Of a stretch of DNA of 64,000 bases, positions 18,597-28,641 are shown one piece after another. This DNA is from Candidatus Kaiserbacteria bacterium (GTDB taxonomy: Bacteria > Patescibacteriota > Minisyncoccia > Phycocordibacterales > UBA2100): the NCBI GenBank assembly GCA_016432285.1, contig CP066682.1, forward strand, positions 439,072 to 503,071, in the 5' to 3' direction. The position numbers and the translations under genes are program-made. Each line of letters starts with the position of its first letter. Within the stretch, counting starts at the first letter, position 1. The notes under the pieces were generated by a model, which did no database searches, was not told where the DNA came from, and was given only the letters and a program-made list of their open reading frames with translations.

Positions 18597-19100
18597 TTAC
18601 TGGCGCGGCTGCTGAAGCTTAGAGATGTCGTCCATGAGCTTGCGGAGATCTCCCTGAATGTCGGTGAGCGTTTTGCGCTGCTCTGCCTTTCGCGCTTCTT
18701 CTGCCGCTTCTTCGGTGGCCTCCTCTTCGGTCATTTCCTCCACGTCTTCGCTGATCTCCTCTACGTCTTCTTGCAGCTCTCCCACGTCTTCCTGAATCTC
18801 ACCCATATCTTCCTGGATCTCACCGATGTCTTCCTGCAGCTCCTCGATATCTTCGCCGACTTCTTGGAGACTCTGCGTCGTGTAGTTGATCGTCATTTGT
18901 ATGAAAATTGCGAGATAGATCGCTTCGAGCGAGACGATCGTGGTGAGGATCAAGAGCATGTCCTCGAACTCTGCGTAACCCGCTTCCACCGAGAGGAACG
19001 CGGCGATGAAAATGACCGTGTGCGCGGCGAGCGAGCCGGGGGAGCCGACCCAGCGCGTCACGCGGAGCGCCGTTTTCTGGATGTGATACGGATCCTTCAT
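18597..19100 (-). CDS. DUF1003-like membrane protein with acidic heptad tail
   Basis: ILTTIVSLEAIYLAIFIQM; (E)IQEDxG heptads. Confidence 0.78.
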   Translation of the reverse strand: MKDPYHIQKTALRVTRWVGSPGSLAAHTVIFIAAFLSVEAGYAEFEDMLLILTTIVSLEAIYLAIFIQMTINYTTQSLQEVGEDIEELQEDIGEIQEDMGEIQEDVGELQEDVEEISEDVEEMTEEEATEEAAEEARKAEQRKTLTDIQGDLRKLMDDISKLQQPRQ

Positions 19101-19137
19101 GCGGCGCAGTATACTCCGGCGTTGCTATAATCAAGCC

Positions 19138-19782
19138 ATGAAAACGACGCTTGTGGGGAATACGCACCTGCTTGCGGGAAGCGAAGCGGATCTGCCGCTG
19201 CTTCTCAAGTATCTTGCGGGTGAGGGGATCAAGCCCGGCGATCCAGATCTGTATGTGCGCACCTACGGGCATTTCGGGATTGATGAAGCGCGCGAGCTGC
19301 GCGAGCGCGCCAGCCTTCGGCCGATGGGGAAGCGGCGAGTCTTCGTGCTCGTGGCGCCGGATCTCAATCGCGAAGCGCAGAACGCGCTTCTCAAAACGCT
19401 TGAAGAGCCGCCCGCCGACGCTTTTTTCTTCTTCGTGCTCCGCTCTCCCGAGACCCTTTTGCCGACTTTCCGCTCGCGTGCGCAGACGTTCTCAATCGGC
19501 TCGCGGAAAAGAGACGGGTCCGTGGATGCCAAGACGTTCCTTGCCGCGACGACGCAAAAACGGCTCGATCTTCTCAAGCCGCTTTTAGAAAAGGGCGAGG
19601 AGGGAAGAGATATCGGCGCGATTCTCACGTTTCTTTCATCGCTCGAAGCAATCATAGAATCTCGGGCCGGAATCGAGGCGGTCTACCGCGCACGAAAGTA
19701 CATCACCGATAAGGGCGCGCTCGTGAAGCCCCTGCTGGAGCAAGTGGCGCTCCTGGTGCCCGCCTCAAAGTCCTCGCGCTAG
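19138..19782 (+). CDS. holB: DNA polymerase III delta-prime-like subunit (short)
   Basis: GIDEARELR, EAQNALLKTLEEPP, LLPTFRSR. Confidence 0.8.
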   Translation: MKTTLVGNTHLLAGSEADLPLLLKYLAGEGIKPGDPDLYVRTYGHFGIDEARELRERASLRPMGKRRVFVLVAPDLNREAQNALLKTLEEPPADAFFFFVLRSPETLLPTFRSRAQTFSIGSRKRDGSVDAKTFLAATTQKRLDLLKPLLEKGEEGRDIGAILTFLSSLEAIIESRAGIEAVYRARKYITDKGALVKPLLEQVALLVPASKSSR

Positions 19783-19799
19783 GATATAATGAAGCCCCT

Positions 19800-20354
19800 A
19801 TGGCGAATTACGATTTCAAAACATTCGATACAAAGGTCGCAGCGGCCAAGGAATGGTTGCAAAAGGAATACCGGGGGCTGCGGACCGGCCGCGCCGCACC
19901 CGCCATTCTCGATAGCATCTCCGTCTCGGCATACGGATCGATGATGCCCCTCAAGCAGGTGGCCTCAATCGGCATCGAAGATGCACGCAGCCTCAGAGTA
20001 ACGCCCTTCGACGCATCGCTTTCGAAAGACATCGAGCGCGCCATTGCGAATGCAAGCCTCGGCGTGGGCACCGCCGCGGATTCTTCGGGCGTGCGTGTGA
20101 CCTTTCCCGAACTCACCGCGGAGCGCCGTGAGCAGCTCATAAAGGTGGCGAAGGGCAAGCTCGAGGAGGCGCGTACGACCGTGCGCCAGGTGCGCGAGGA
20201 GACATGGAAAGACATCCAAGCCAAAGAAAAGGAAGGCACGCTCACCGAAGACGACCGATTCCGCCTTAAGGACGAACTCCAGAAGCGCGTCGACAAGACC
20301 AACGAGGATTTGGAGAAAACATTTGAAGGCAAGGAAGCCGAGATGAGCGCATGA
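19800..20354 (+). CDS. frr: ribosome recycling factor
   Basis: LRTGRAAP..LD, YGS.MPLKQVA, PELTAERREQL. Confidence 0.96.
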   Translation: MANYDFKTFDTKVAAAKEWLQKEYRGLRTGRAAPAILDSISVSAYGSMMPLKQVASIGIEDARSLRVTPFDASLSKDIERAIANASLGVGTAADSSGVRVTFPELTAERREQLIKVAKGKLEEARTTVRQVREETWKDIQAKEKEGTLTEDDRFRLKDELQKRVDKTNEDLEKTFEGKEAEMSA

Positions 20355-21442
20355 TCACGGCGCTCATTGTAGTCGGGATCCTCGTAGTCCTTATTGTGGC
20401 GCACGAGCTCGGACACTTCGTCGCCGCCAAGCTGTTTGGCGTGCGGGTGGAGGAATTCGGCGTGGGGTATCCGCCGCGCGCGTTTTCTTTCGGCAGATGG
20501 GGAGGCACCGAATACACGCTCAACTGGATTCCTTTCGGCGGATTCGTGCGCCTCTATGGCGACGAAGGAGAAGAGCAGCACGGGAAGGGAAGCCTCATTG
20601 ATGCCAACCGCGGCGTGCAGGCGGTCATTCTCGTGGCCGGGGTAACCATGAACGCGCTTATGGGGTGGGCGCTTTTTACGGGTGCTCTGCATGCGGGCAT
20701 TCCGCGCGTCGTAAACGACCCGGCTCCTGGTGAGCCCGTTCGGCTCGTGGTGGCCGACGTGGTGCCCGGCTCACCGGCAGATGCGGCGGGCGTGCGACCC
20801 GGGGACCAACTGCTCGCGCTCGAAGATGAAAACGGCGCTTCACCCGAGGAGCTCGCTCCCGCACCGATCTCGGAGTTTATCGCGGAGCACGCGGGAGAGC
20901 CGGTATCGCTCACATACGTACATGCGGGAGCCACGAGCACCGCGACGCTCGTCCCGGCGCACGCGGTCATTCCCGATTCCGCCGGACGAGCCGCACTCGG
21001 CGTCGCGCTCGTCTTGGTGAGCAGCGAGCCGCTTTCGTGGCCCGAGTCGGCAGTCGCTGCCTTCAGCAGCACGAAGAACGCATTCGTTTCAATCGGCAGC
21101 GGGCTCGGGACGATGGCACGGCAAGCGCTCCAGGGATCGCCCAATCTTTCAGACATCGTGGGCCCCATCGGCCTTGTGCAGGTGGTGGACGATGCGGCCG
21201 ACAACGGAATCGGCAACATCCTCGCGCTCGCCGGATTCATCTCGATCAACCTCGCGATCATCAACCTCATTCCGATTCCCGCGCTCGACGGCGGCCGACT
21301 TGTCTTGCTTGGCTTTGAAGCGCTCGCACGTCGCTCCGCACCACGCCTCGCGGTGCAGATGCTAAACGCGCTCGGCGTCGCACTGATCGTCCTTCTCATG
21401 ATCACCGTGACCTACAACGACGTCGCGCGCCTGCTCGCCTGA
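20351..21442 (+). CDS. rseP: RseP-like M50 site-2 protease with PDZ domain
   Basis: HELGH, IPFGGFVRL, NLIPIPALDGG. Confidence 0.93.
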   Translation: MITALIVVGILVVLIVAHELGHFVAAKLFGVRVEEFGVGYPPRAFSFGRWGGTEYTLNWIPFGGFVRLYGDEGEEQHGKGSLIDANRGVQAVILVAGVTMNALMGWALFTGALHAGIPRVVNDPAPGEPVRLVVADVVPGSPADAAGVRPGDQLLALEDENGASPEELAPAPISEFIAEHAGEPVSLTYVHAGATSTATLVPAHAVIPDSAGRAALGVALVLVSSEPLSWPESAVAAFSSTKNAFVSIGSGLGTMARQALQGSPNLSDIVGPIGLVQVVDDAADNGIGNILALAGFISINLAIINLIPIPALDGGRLVLLGFEALARRSAPRLAVQMLNALGVALIVLLMITVTYNDVARLLA

Positions 21443-21448
21443 AAAAAG

Positions 21449-21483
21449 GAAGCGCTTCGCCGACGGTCGGCGAAGCGCGTTTT
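21449..21483. terminator. bidirectional terminator-like hairpin
   Basis: gcgcttcgccgac-g-gtcggcgaagcgc flanked by A and T runs. Confidence 0.7.
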
Positions 21484-21849
21484 GATTGCGGGATTTTCCC
21501 GCGGCCGATTATTTCGGCGATTGTCCTCCCTGAGACTTGGGCTGCTGTTGGGAAGCGTGTTGCGGCATGTTCGATATCAGTGTGAACGTTTGAGACGGTT
21601 GGGGCCGCTGCCGTTCCATTTCACGATATGCTGCCGGAACGCGTCTTCCTGAAGAAGGCGAGTCCATGTCGATCGGTTCCTAGTTGTGCGTGCCAATGCC
21701 AAACGAGAGAAGGACGCCTTGAGGCGCGATCCTACGCACGAGAGGGCACAGGTCGGCAAAACCTACCAAAAAGTGCCCATCGGCGCAAGCGGCTCCTTAA
21801 AAAAGCGCGATTTTGCAAGTACCGCGCCTGCCGGTACAATGCTCGCACC

Positions 21850-23130
21850 ATGCGCCAATCGCAGCTCTTCACCAAGACACGCCGCGAGGCACCGAAAGAC
21901 GAAGTGGCGAAAAATGCCCAGCTCCTGATTCGCGGAGGGTTCATCAGTAAAGAGATGGCAGGAGTATACAATTTTCTACCACTCGGTCTTCGAGTGTTCG
22001 AAAAGATCGTGAACGTCATACGAGAGGAGATGAATGCTATCGGTGGTCAAGAGATTTTAATGAGCAGTTTGCAAAGGCGCGAGCTCTGGGAAAAGACCAA
22101 TCGCTGGAACGACGAGGTTGTTGATAATTGGTTTAAGACAGAACTGAAAGATGGCAGCATCGTAGGATTGGGCTTCACTCACGAAGAACCGATTACGAAT
22201 ATGATGGAGCAATTCATTCCGTCATATCAAAACCTCCCCACTTACGTTTACCAGTTTCAAACTAAATTCCGAAATGAGGAGCGGGCAAAAAACGGCCTTC
22301 TGAGAACACGGGAATTCGTGATGAAGGATCTCTATTCTTTTTCTAAAAATGAAACGGAACACGTTGATTTTTACGAAAAGGCCAAAGATGCATACAAGCG
22401 CATTTTTAATCGTCTTGGAATCGGGAATAACACGTATCTTACGTTCGCTTCCGGTGGGTCATTTAGTAAATTCAGTCACGAATTCCAAACGATTTGTGAT
22501 GCAGGAGAAGACGTTATTTATATTCACAAAGATGATTACGGTAAGGGCTTAGAAATGCACCCACACCATGCCGCAATCAATAAGGAAATCTATACGGAAG
22601 ATCTGAAAAAGGATCTTGGACTCGAAGGAAGTTTTATTGAAAAGAAGGTAGTCGAGGTTGGGAATATCTTTACGCTAGGAACTCGCTTCCCAGAAGCGCT
22701 CCTCTGCCGATTTAAGGACGAGCAAGGTAAAGAGAATTACCCGTTCATGGGCTCCTACGGCATCGGCCCGGCGCGGCTGATGGGGACGATCGCCGAAGTG
22801 CTCTCGGACGACCGCGGGCTCGTGTGGCCCGCGGAGATCGCGCCCTTTGCGGTGCATCTCATCGCGATCACGGGCGGCAACGCCGACGTGGCGGCCGAAG
22901 CCGAGCGCTACTTCGAGATGCTGAAGGAGAATCACATCGAAGTGCTCTTCGACGACCGCGACGTGCGGGCGGGCGAGAAATTTGCCGATTCGGATCTTTT
23001 GGGAATCCCGACGAGGCTCGTCGTTTCGGAAAAGACGATGGCCGAGGGCGGTGTGGAAATGGTGAACCGCAAGGACAAGGCGGCGACGATCGTGGCCGAG
23101 AGCGACGTAATCGGACGCCTTTTGAAATAA
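21850..23130 (+). CDS. proS: prolyl-tRNA synthetase (short form, no editing domain)
   Basis: MRQSQLF, THEE, KFRNEERAKNGLLRTREF, EVGNIF, GSYGIG, GEKFADSDLLG. Confidence 0.95.
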   Translation: MRQSQLFTKTRREAPKDEVAKNAQLLIRGGFISKEMAGVYNFLPLGLRVFEKIVNVIREEMNAIGGQEILMSSLQRRELWEKTNRWNDEVVDNWFKTELKDGSIVGLGFTHEEPITNMMEQFIPSYQNLPTYVYQFQTKFRNEERAKNGLLRTREFVMKDLYSFSKNETEHVDFYEKAKDAYKRIFNRLGIGNNTYLTFASGGSFSKFSHEFQTICDAGEDVIYIHKDDYGKGLEMHPHHAAINKEIYTEDLKKDLGLEGSFIEKKVVEVGNIFTLGTRFPEALLCRFKDEQGKENYPFMGSYGIGPARLMGTIAEVLSDDRGLVWPAEIAPFAVHLIAITGGNADVAAEAERYFEMLKENHIEVLFDDRDVRAGEKFADSDLLGIPTRLVVSEKTMAEGGVEMVNRKDKAATIVAESDVIGRLLK

Positions 23131-23132
23131 GT

Positions 23133-24203
23133 ATGCGGCGCTTTCGGGAATGGAAAGAAAGAATCCTGGGGTGGTTCTCCAACGACATCGGTATCGATCT
23201 CGGCACCGCCAACACGCTCGTGTACGTCAAAGGTCGCGGCATTGTCATCAATGAGCCGTCGATCGTGGCGATGAATCAAAAGACTGGGCAGGTAGTGGCG
23301 GTGGGGCAGCAAGCCAAGGACATGCTTGGCCGCACGCCGGCGCACATCGTGGCCGTGCAGCCGGTGATCGACGGCGTAATTTCGGACTTTGAAGTTACCT
23401 CCGAGATGCTCTCGTATCTCATCAACAAGGCGCAGGAAGGACACACCAAACTCCTGGGGCCGCGCGTAGCGATCGGCGTGCCTTCGGGCATCACTTCTGT
23501 GGAAGTGCGGGCGGTGCGTGACGCCGCGCGCGCCGCAGGCGCGCGCGAGGTGCACATCATCGAAGAGCCGCTCGCAGCGGCGATCGGCATCGAGCTCCCG
23601 GTGCACGAGCCGCGCGGACACATGATAATCGACATCGGCGGCGGCACCACCGACGTGGGCGTGGTCTCGCTCGGCGGCCTCGTCAACTCGCGCAACATCC
23701 GCATCGCGGGCGATCGGTTCAACGCCGACATCGTCGCTCACACGCGCAACGAATTTAAAATCCTCATCGGCGAAAAAACCTCGGAAGAGATCAAAATGCA
23801 GCTCGCCAACGTGGCTCCCGGCCGCGACCGACTCGAGACCTTGGCGCGTGGCCGCGATTTGGTGACTGGTCTCCCACGCGAGATCGTCGTATCGGATCAG
23901 GACGTCCGCAACGCGATCGGACACTCGGTGGAGGAGCTCGTGGAATCAATCAAGGAAGTGCTCGAAACCACGCCGCCCGAGCTTTTGGCCGACATCATGC
24001 AGCGCGGCATCTATCTCGCGGGCGGCGGGGCGCTGATCCGCGGTCTTCCGGAATTTCTGACCGCGGCGCTCGGCGTGCCGGTCGTGGTGGCGCCGGATCC
24101 GCTCACAGCCGTCGTACGCGGCACGAGCGTTATCCTCGAGGATCTCAATCTGTATCGCGAAGCGCTCCTGAAAAATGATGACGAATTTGTGCCGACAGAG
24201 TAA
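23133..24203 (+). CDS. mreB: rod shape-determining protein MreB
   Basis: DIGIDLGTANT, DIGGGTTD, LAGGGALI; upstream of mreC. Confidence 0.95.
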   Translation: MRRFREWKERILGWFSNDIGIDLGTANTLVYVKGRGIVINEPSIVAMNQKTGQVVAVGQQAKDMLGRTPAHIVAVQPVIDGVISDFEVTSEMLSYLINKAQEGHTKLLGPRVAIGVPSGITSVEVRAVRDAARAAGAREVHIIEEPLAAAIGIELPVHEPRGHMIIDIGGGTTDVGVVSLGGLVNSRNIRIAGDRFNADIVAHTRNEFKILIGEKTSEEIKMQLANVAPGRDRLETLARGRDLVTGLPREIVVSDQDVRNAIGHSVEELVESIKEVLETTPPELLADIMQRGIYLAGGGALIRGLPEFLTAALGVPVVVAPDPLTAVVRGTSVILEDLNLYREALLKNDDEFVPTE

Positions 24204-24239
24204 TTTCTCGCGCGTCGGTACTTTTTACGGCGCACTCGT

Positions 24240-25049
24240 ATGAAGAAGTCCAACTTTTCTTTCTCGCACGCGAGTAAAACGCGGGGCACTCGCAAGCGCC
24301 TCTTTGCCGCCACAGTGCTTGTGCTCCTCATTCTCTTCGCGGACCTTCTTTCCGGCGGCGCCATCCGGGCGATGGTGCGCGGCGCGTACGTGCGCGTGTG
24401 GAGCGCCGGCTCTGGCGTTGTGAGCGGGATCTTTGAGAGCGGCTTCTTTTCGACAAGGCGGGCCCTGGAGCGTGAGAACGGGAGTCTCCGCGAACGGCTC
24501 TCGGAGCTTGAGACGAAGAGCGCCAGCTTTTCGGTGCTCCGGCAGGAAAACGATTCGCTCCGCTCACTCCTCAAGGTAGCCGAGCGCGCGCCCGGGATTA
24601 CCGCTTCGATCGTTTCGTCGGTGCGCAGCTCTCCGTACGGCACCTTCCTCATCGGTGCGGGATCCGAAGATGGTGTGGCTCCTGGAAGCTTGGTGCTCGC
24701 CGCGGATTCCGCGGGCGACGGATTCGTGCTTGGTGTTGTGCAAGAGGCAGACGCGCGCACTGCGCTCGTGAAGGAGCTCTTTGGGCCCGGTATCAGCACC
24801 GAGGCGAGCGTGCGCGGCGCGAGCGTGGTGGTGGAAGGGCAAGGAGGCGGCAACGCGAGGGCTGAGGCGCCTCGCAATCTCCCGGTCGTCGCAGGAGACC
24901 CGGTCACGGCGCCTTCGCTCGGCGGCTATCCAATCGGGGTTGTCGGAGCCGTCAAGACGGAAGCTTCGAGCGCAGAGAGCGATGTGTACATCGGCCTTCC
25001 CGTATCGCTCGCGGGGCTCTCGTTCGTGTATGTCGTTGCTCAATACTAA
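24240..25049 (+). CDS. mreC: rod shape-determining protein MreC
   Basis: TM, coiled coil (ENDSLRSLL), beta domain; operon position. Confidence 0.85.
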   Translation: MKKSNFSFSHASKTRGTRKRLFAATVLVLLILFADLLSGGAIRAMVRGAYVRVWSAGSGVVSGIFESGFFSTRRALERENGSLRERLSELETKSASFSVLRQENDSLRSLLKVAERAPGITASIVSSVRSSPYGTFLIGAGSEDGVAPGSLVLAADSAGDGFVLGVVQEADARTALVKELFGPGISTEASVRGASVVVEGQGGGNARAEAPRNLPVVAGDPVTAPSLGGYPIGVVGAVKTEASSAESDVYIGLPVSLAGLSFVYVVAQY

Positions 25050-25302
25050 AACACGCGTCGTACTCGCGACGCTCGCAGTCCTGAGCGCGGTCTTTCTTTC
25101 GCCGTGGCTCACGCTGATTCTCATGGGGCTCTTGGCCTTTGGATTCCGCGCATGGGAAGTACTGCTCATCGGGCTTTCGGTGGACCTCTTGTGGCTGCCC
25201 GCCGGCGATCTCTTAGATCCGCTTCCGATCGGCACTCTGATCGCGCTCGCGCTCGTGTGGGGCCTCGAGCCGCTTCGTTCTCAATACTTGATGTCGCAGT
25301 GA
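25030..25302 (+). CDS. small membrane protein in the MreD position
   Basis: About 90 aa, hydrophobic; lies between mreC and the PBP gene. Confidence 0.6.
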   Translation: MSLLNTKTRVVLATLAVLSAVFLSPWLTLILMGLLAFGFRAWEVLLIGLSVDLLWLPAGDLLDPLPIGTLIALALVWGLEPLRSQYLMSQ

Positions 25303-25306
25303 TATA

Positions 25307-27010
25307 GTGGCTGGCATGTGGGGAAAGCGGAGAAGCGTGCGAGAAATTCAGCCGGACGAAATTTTTCTCGATTCCACCAATCTTCCCGGTCGCAACGATC
25401 CGCAGTTTGAGGGCAGGGTCGTGCGTCCCGTATCGAGCCGCGCGATGTTTGGCGTGGGTGCGGTCTTCGCGATTGCTATCCTCTTTTTTGCGGCGCGAGC
25501 CTTTGAGCTCTCGGTGGTGCACGGCGAAGATTACGCCGAGGTCTCGCAAGAAAATCGGCTCGATCGATCGATCGTCTTTTCCACGCGCGGCGTGATCTAC
25601 GACCGCACCGGCAAAGAGCTCGCCTGGAACGAATCCGCCGCGCTCTCAGAGGCCTCGACGACCCCATACGCGTTGCGGCGCTACGCCGATCTTCCGGGTC
25701 TCTCGCACGTGCTTGGATTCGTACGCTATCCGAAGGCCGACGCGAGCGGCAACTGGTGGCGCACCGAGTACAGCGGCGTGGCAGGCTCCGAGCAGGCGTT
25801 TAACGATGCTCTTGCTGGGCTAAACGGCAGCAGAATGGTGGAGATCGACGCGCTCGGCAACGTGGAGATGCAAAACATCATCGAGCCGCCCGTGCCTGGT
25901 CGCGACATCACGCTTTCGATCGATGCGGAGATACAAAGCAAACTTTTTTCGGCACTCTCGACTCAGGCGCGGGCCCAAGGGTTCGAGGGAGGTGCGGCGG
26001 TGATTATGGACGTGCGCACGGGCGAGCTTTTGGCGCTCACGAGCTTTCCGGAATACGACAACGCCGGCTTTACCGAGGGCGACGCCGCAGCGATCGATGC
26101 GGCGCACGGGAGCGACAACTCGCCGCTCTTGGACCGAGCCACGAGCGGTCTCTACGCGCCGGGATCGATCGTGAAGCCGATCTTTGCCGCCGCCGCGCTA
26201 AACGAAGGCATCATCAGCCCCGAAAAGAAGATACAGTCGACCGGCGCGATTACGATTCCAAATCCGTATAATCCCGACAATCCCTCGATCTTCCGCGACT
26301 GGACCGTGCACGGATGGATCGACATGCGCGAGGCGATCGCCGTATCGTCCGACGAATACTTCTACACCATCGGCGGCGGCTTCGGCTCGCAGGTGGGGCT
26401 CGGGATCGCGCGCCTCGACGAGTATGCTCGCGACTTCGGTCTCGGCACCTCCACCGGCTTTACGATCTTCGGCGAAGAAGTCGGCGTCATACCGACGCCG
26501 GAGTGGAAGGAGAAGGTCTTCGGCGAGGACGATCCGTGGCGCATCGGCAACACGTATCACACGGCCATCGGGCAGTTCGGCTTTCAGATCACGCCCCTCC
26601 AAGCCGTGCGCTTCGTGGCTGCTATCGGCAACGGCGGCAAGCTCCTCACGCCGCAGATACTCGCTGGCGCAAAACCGGAGTACACGAGCGTCGGGGTCCC
26701 TGACGAATACCTCCAGATCGTGCGCGAAGGCATGCGCCTCGCCGTCACCTCTACCCGATCCGACGCGACCGTCAAATCACTGAGCATTCCGGGGATACAA
26801 ATCGCTGCCAAAACGGGAACGGCGCAGATCGGCACGCAGAATCAGTACATGAATTCCTGGTCGATCGGATTCTGGCCCGCTGATAATCCGCACTACGCGT
26901 ATGCAGTGGTGCTCGAAAAAGCACGCGCGGGCACGCTCTCCGGCGCCGCGCCCGGCTTCCGGCCGTTTGTGGAGTGGCTGATTGCCAATCGTCCGGAATA
27001 CATCGAATGA
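25307..27010 (+). CDS. mrdA: class B penicillin-binding protein (PBP2-like)
   Basis: RGVIYDR, PGSIVK (SxxK), SSD, KTGTAQ; in the mre operon. Confidence 0.88.
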   Translation: MAGMWGKRRSVREIQPDEIFLDSTNLPGRNDPQFEGRVVRPVSSRAMFGVGAVFAIAILFFAARAFELSVVHGEDYAEVSQENRLDRSIVFSTRGVIYDRTGKELAWNESAALSEASTTPYALRRYADLPGLSHVLGFVRYPKADASGNWWRTEYSGVAGSEQAFNDALAGLNGSRMVEIDALGNVEMQNIIEPPVPGRDITLSIDAEIQSKLFSALSTQARAQGFEGGAAVIMDVRTGELLALTSFPEYDNAGFTEGDAAAIDAAHGSDNSPLLDRATSGLYAPGSIVKPIFAAAALNEGIISPEKKIQSTGAITIPNPYNPDNPSIFRDWTVHGWIDMREAIAVSSDEYFYTIGGGFGSQVGLGIARLDEYARDFGLGTSTGFTIFGEEVGVIPTPEWKEKVFGEDDPWRIGNTYHTAIGQFGFQITPLQAVRFVAAIGNGGKLLTPQILAGAKPEYTSVGVPDEYLQIVREGMRLAVTSTRSDATVKSLSIPGIQIAAKTGTAQIGTQNQYMNSWSIGFWPADNPHYAYAVVLEKARAGTLSGAAPGFRPFVEWLIANRPEYIE

Positions 27011-27134
27011 GAGGCGTTGTTGCCAAAAAATTATCCTGTATAATCCACAAGCTCGTACAATCTGTGTGGGATCGAAAGCGAGGATCTGTCCTCGCTTTGC
27101 TCGATTCGCTCGGATATAATGCGGCGCGACCACT

Positions 27135-27602
27135 ATGAACGACGAAACAAATTACTTGAGCAAAGAAAAGTTTGATGAATTAAAAGCTGAGCTCGAGCAC
27201 CTGAAAACGGTACGTCGCCGCGAAATCGCCGAACAGCTCGAATATGCGCGAAGCCTCGGCGACCTCTCGGAGAACGCCGAATATGAAGAGGCGCGCAACC
27301 TCCAGGCGGCCACGGAGGATCGTATTCGCACCGTGGAGGAGCAGCTTTCGCACGCACGCATCATCGAGCACTCGAAGGGTAATACCGTCTCCCTCGGGTC
27401 GGTGGTAACGATCCAGAAACAGGGCGAGAAGGAAGAGCACACCTATGAGATCGTCGGCAGCGCCGAAGCCAATATGCAGGAGCGCAAAATCTCACACCTT
27501 TCGCCGCTCGGCTCGGCTCTCATGGAGAAGAAAAAGGGCGACACATTTGCTTTCAATACGCCAAAGGGCGCGCAGAAGTACAAGATCGTCAACATCAAAT
27601 AG
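27135..27602 (+). CDS. greA: transcription elongation factor GreA
   Basis: GDLSENAEY, ISHLSPLGSAL. Confidence 0.97.
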   Translation: MNDETNYLSKEKFDELKAELEHLKTVRRREIAEQLEYARSLGDLSENAEYEEARNLQAATEDRIRTVEEQLSHARIIEHSKGNTVSLGSVVTIQKQGEKEEHTYEIVGSAEANMQERKISHLSPLGSALMEKKKGDTFAFNTPKGAQKYKIVNIK

Positions 27603-27675
27603 GGGATTGCCCGGCTTGACGCCGCCGGGTGGCATCGTACCCTTCTTTATATACTCATTAACTTTTTGCGTGCGT

Positions 27676-28143
27676 ATGTATTCAAATACGTGTGATTGTT
27701 ATGCGGGGTGCACGTGCGGCGGCTGGAAGCAGCTTGTGGGTCGCGTGCTGATCGCCTCGCCCTTTCTTGTTGCGGGATGGATGAAACTCACCGGCTTTGC
27801 CGGCACGGTGGGATACGTGGCATCGGCAGGCTTTCCGGCACCGGAGATCCTTACCGTGCTTGCGATCATCGTGGAGCTCGGCGGTGCGCTCGCGCTCATC
27901 GCGGGCCTGCACGCTCGGACGGCCGCGCTCGGGCTGATTGCCTTTACGATTATCGCGACGCTCGGCTACCACCTCAACTGGAGCGACCCGATGCAGATGA
28001 CGATGTTCCTCAAGAACCTGGCGATCATCGGCGGACTTACGTATGTGTTCGCGCACGGCGCCAACAAGATGAGCTTGCGCTCGTGGGATCGGTACTGCTG
28101 GGGCGGAAAGATGTGCCCCGACTGCAAAGTAGCGAAATCGTAA
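27676..28143 (+). CDS. DoxX family membrane protein with Cys-rich termini
   Basis: GRVLIA..F...GWMK, ELGG, FLKNLAIIGGL. Confidence 0.88.
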   Translation: MYSNTCDCYAGCTCGGWKQLVGRVLIASPFLVAGWMKLTGFAGTVGYVASAGFPAPEILTVLAIIVELGGALALIAGLHARTAALGLIAFTIIATLGYHLNWSDPMQMTMFLKNLAIIGGLTYVFAHGANKMSLRSWDRYCWGGKMCPDCKVAKS

Positions 28144-28221
28144 GGTGCCGCATACGATTTGCAACAAAGCCGCCCTCGGGCGGTTTTGTTTTGAATGGAC
28201 GTACCTATATAATCGCTCCAC

Positions 28222-28295
28222 GCACCTTTAGCTCAGTTGGTTAGAGCGTTCGATTCACATTCGAAAGGTCGTAGGTTCGAATCCTACAAGGTGCA
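28222..28295 (+). tRNA. tRNA-Val(CAC)
   Basis: GCACCTT/AAGGTGC acceptor; loop TT-CAC-AT; GGTTCGAATCC. Confidence 0.93.
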
Positions 28296-28327
28296 CTAAC
28301 GCATAAATCTGTTACGATACGCCGAAT

Positions 28328-28398
28328 CGGGCCGTAGTATACCGGTAGTACGTGCGCTTCGGGTGCGTAAAGACCGGGTTCGATTCCCGGCGGCCCGA
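28328..28398 (+). tRNA. tRNA-Pro(CGG)
   Basis: CGGGCCG/CGGCCCG acceptor; loop TT-CGG-GT. Confidence 0.92.
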
Positions 28399-28400
28399 CC

Positions 28401-28471
28401 CGGGATGTCGTATAGTGGTAGTACGCATGGCTGGGGGTCATGTAGTCCGAGTTCGATTCTCGGCATCCCGA
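28401..28471 (+). tRNA. tRNA-Pro(GGG)
   Basis: CGGGATG/CATCCCG acceptor; loop CT-GGG-GG. Confidence 0.92.
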
Positions 28472-28570
28472 CAGACACGTGTTATATTCTTCGGCGCAGG
28501 GCCTCTATCTGCTGATAGAGACCCGTCGCTCGAAGAAAGAGTAAGCAAGCTTCCTCTTTGCTTCTCGCTA

Positions 28571-28641
28571 GGGCCTATAGTTCAGTGGTAAAACGCCGCA
28601 TTCGCATTGCGGAGGCAGGGGTTCGATTCCCCTTAGGTCCA
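28571..28641 (+). tRNA. tRNA-Ala(CGC)
   Basis: GGGCCTA/TAGGTCC with G3-U70; loop TT-CGC-AT. Confidence 0.93.

Noticed and set aside
18730-18870. 21-bp periodic DNA repeat
   Set aside because: Explained by the acidic heptad coding repeat in the DUF1003-like protein.
21670-21849. T-box riboswitch upstream of proS
   Set aside because: No T-box consensus or terminator, and a -10 box sits 9 nt before the ATG.
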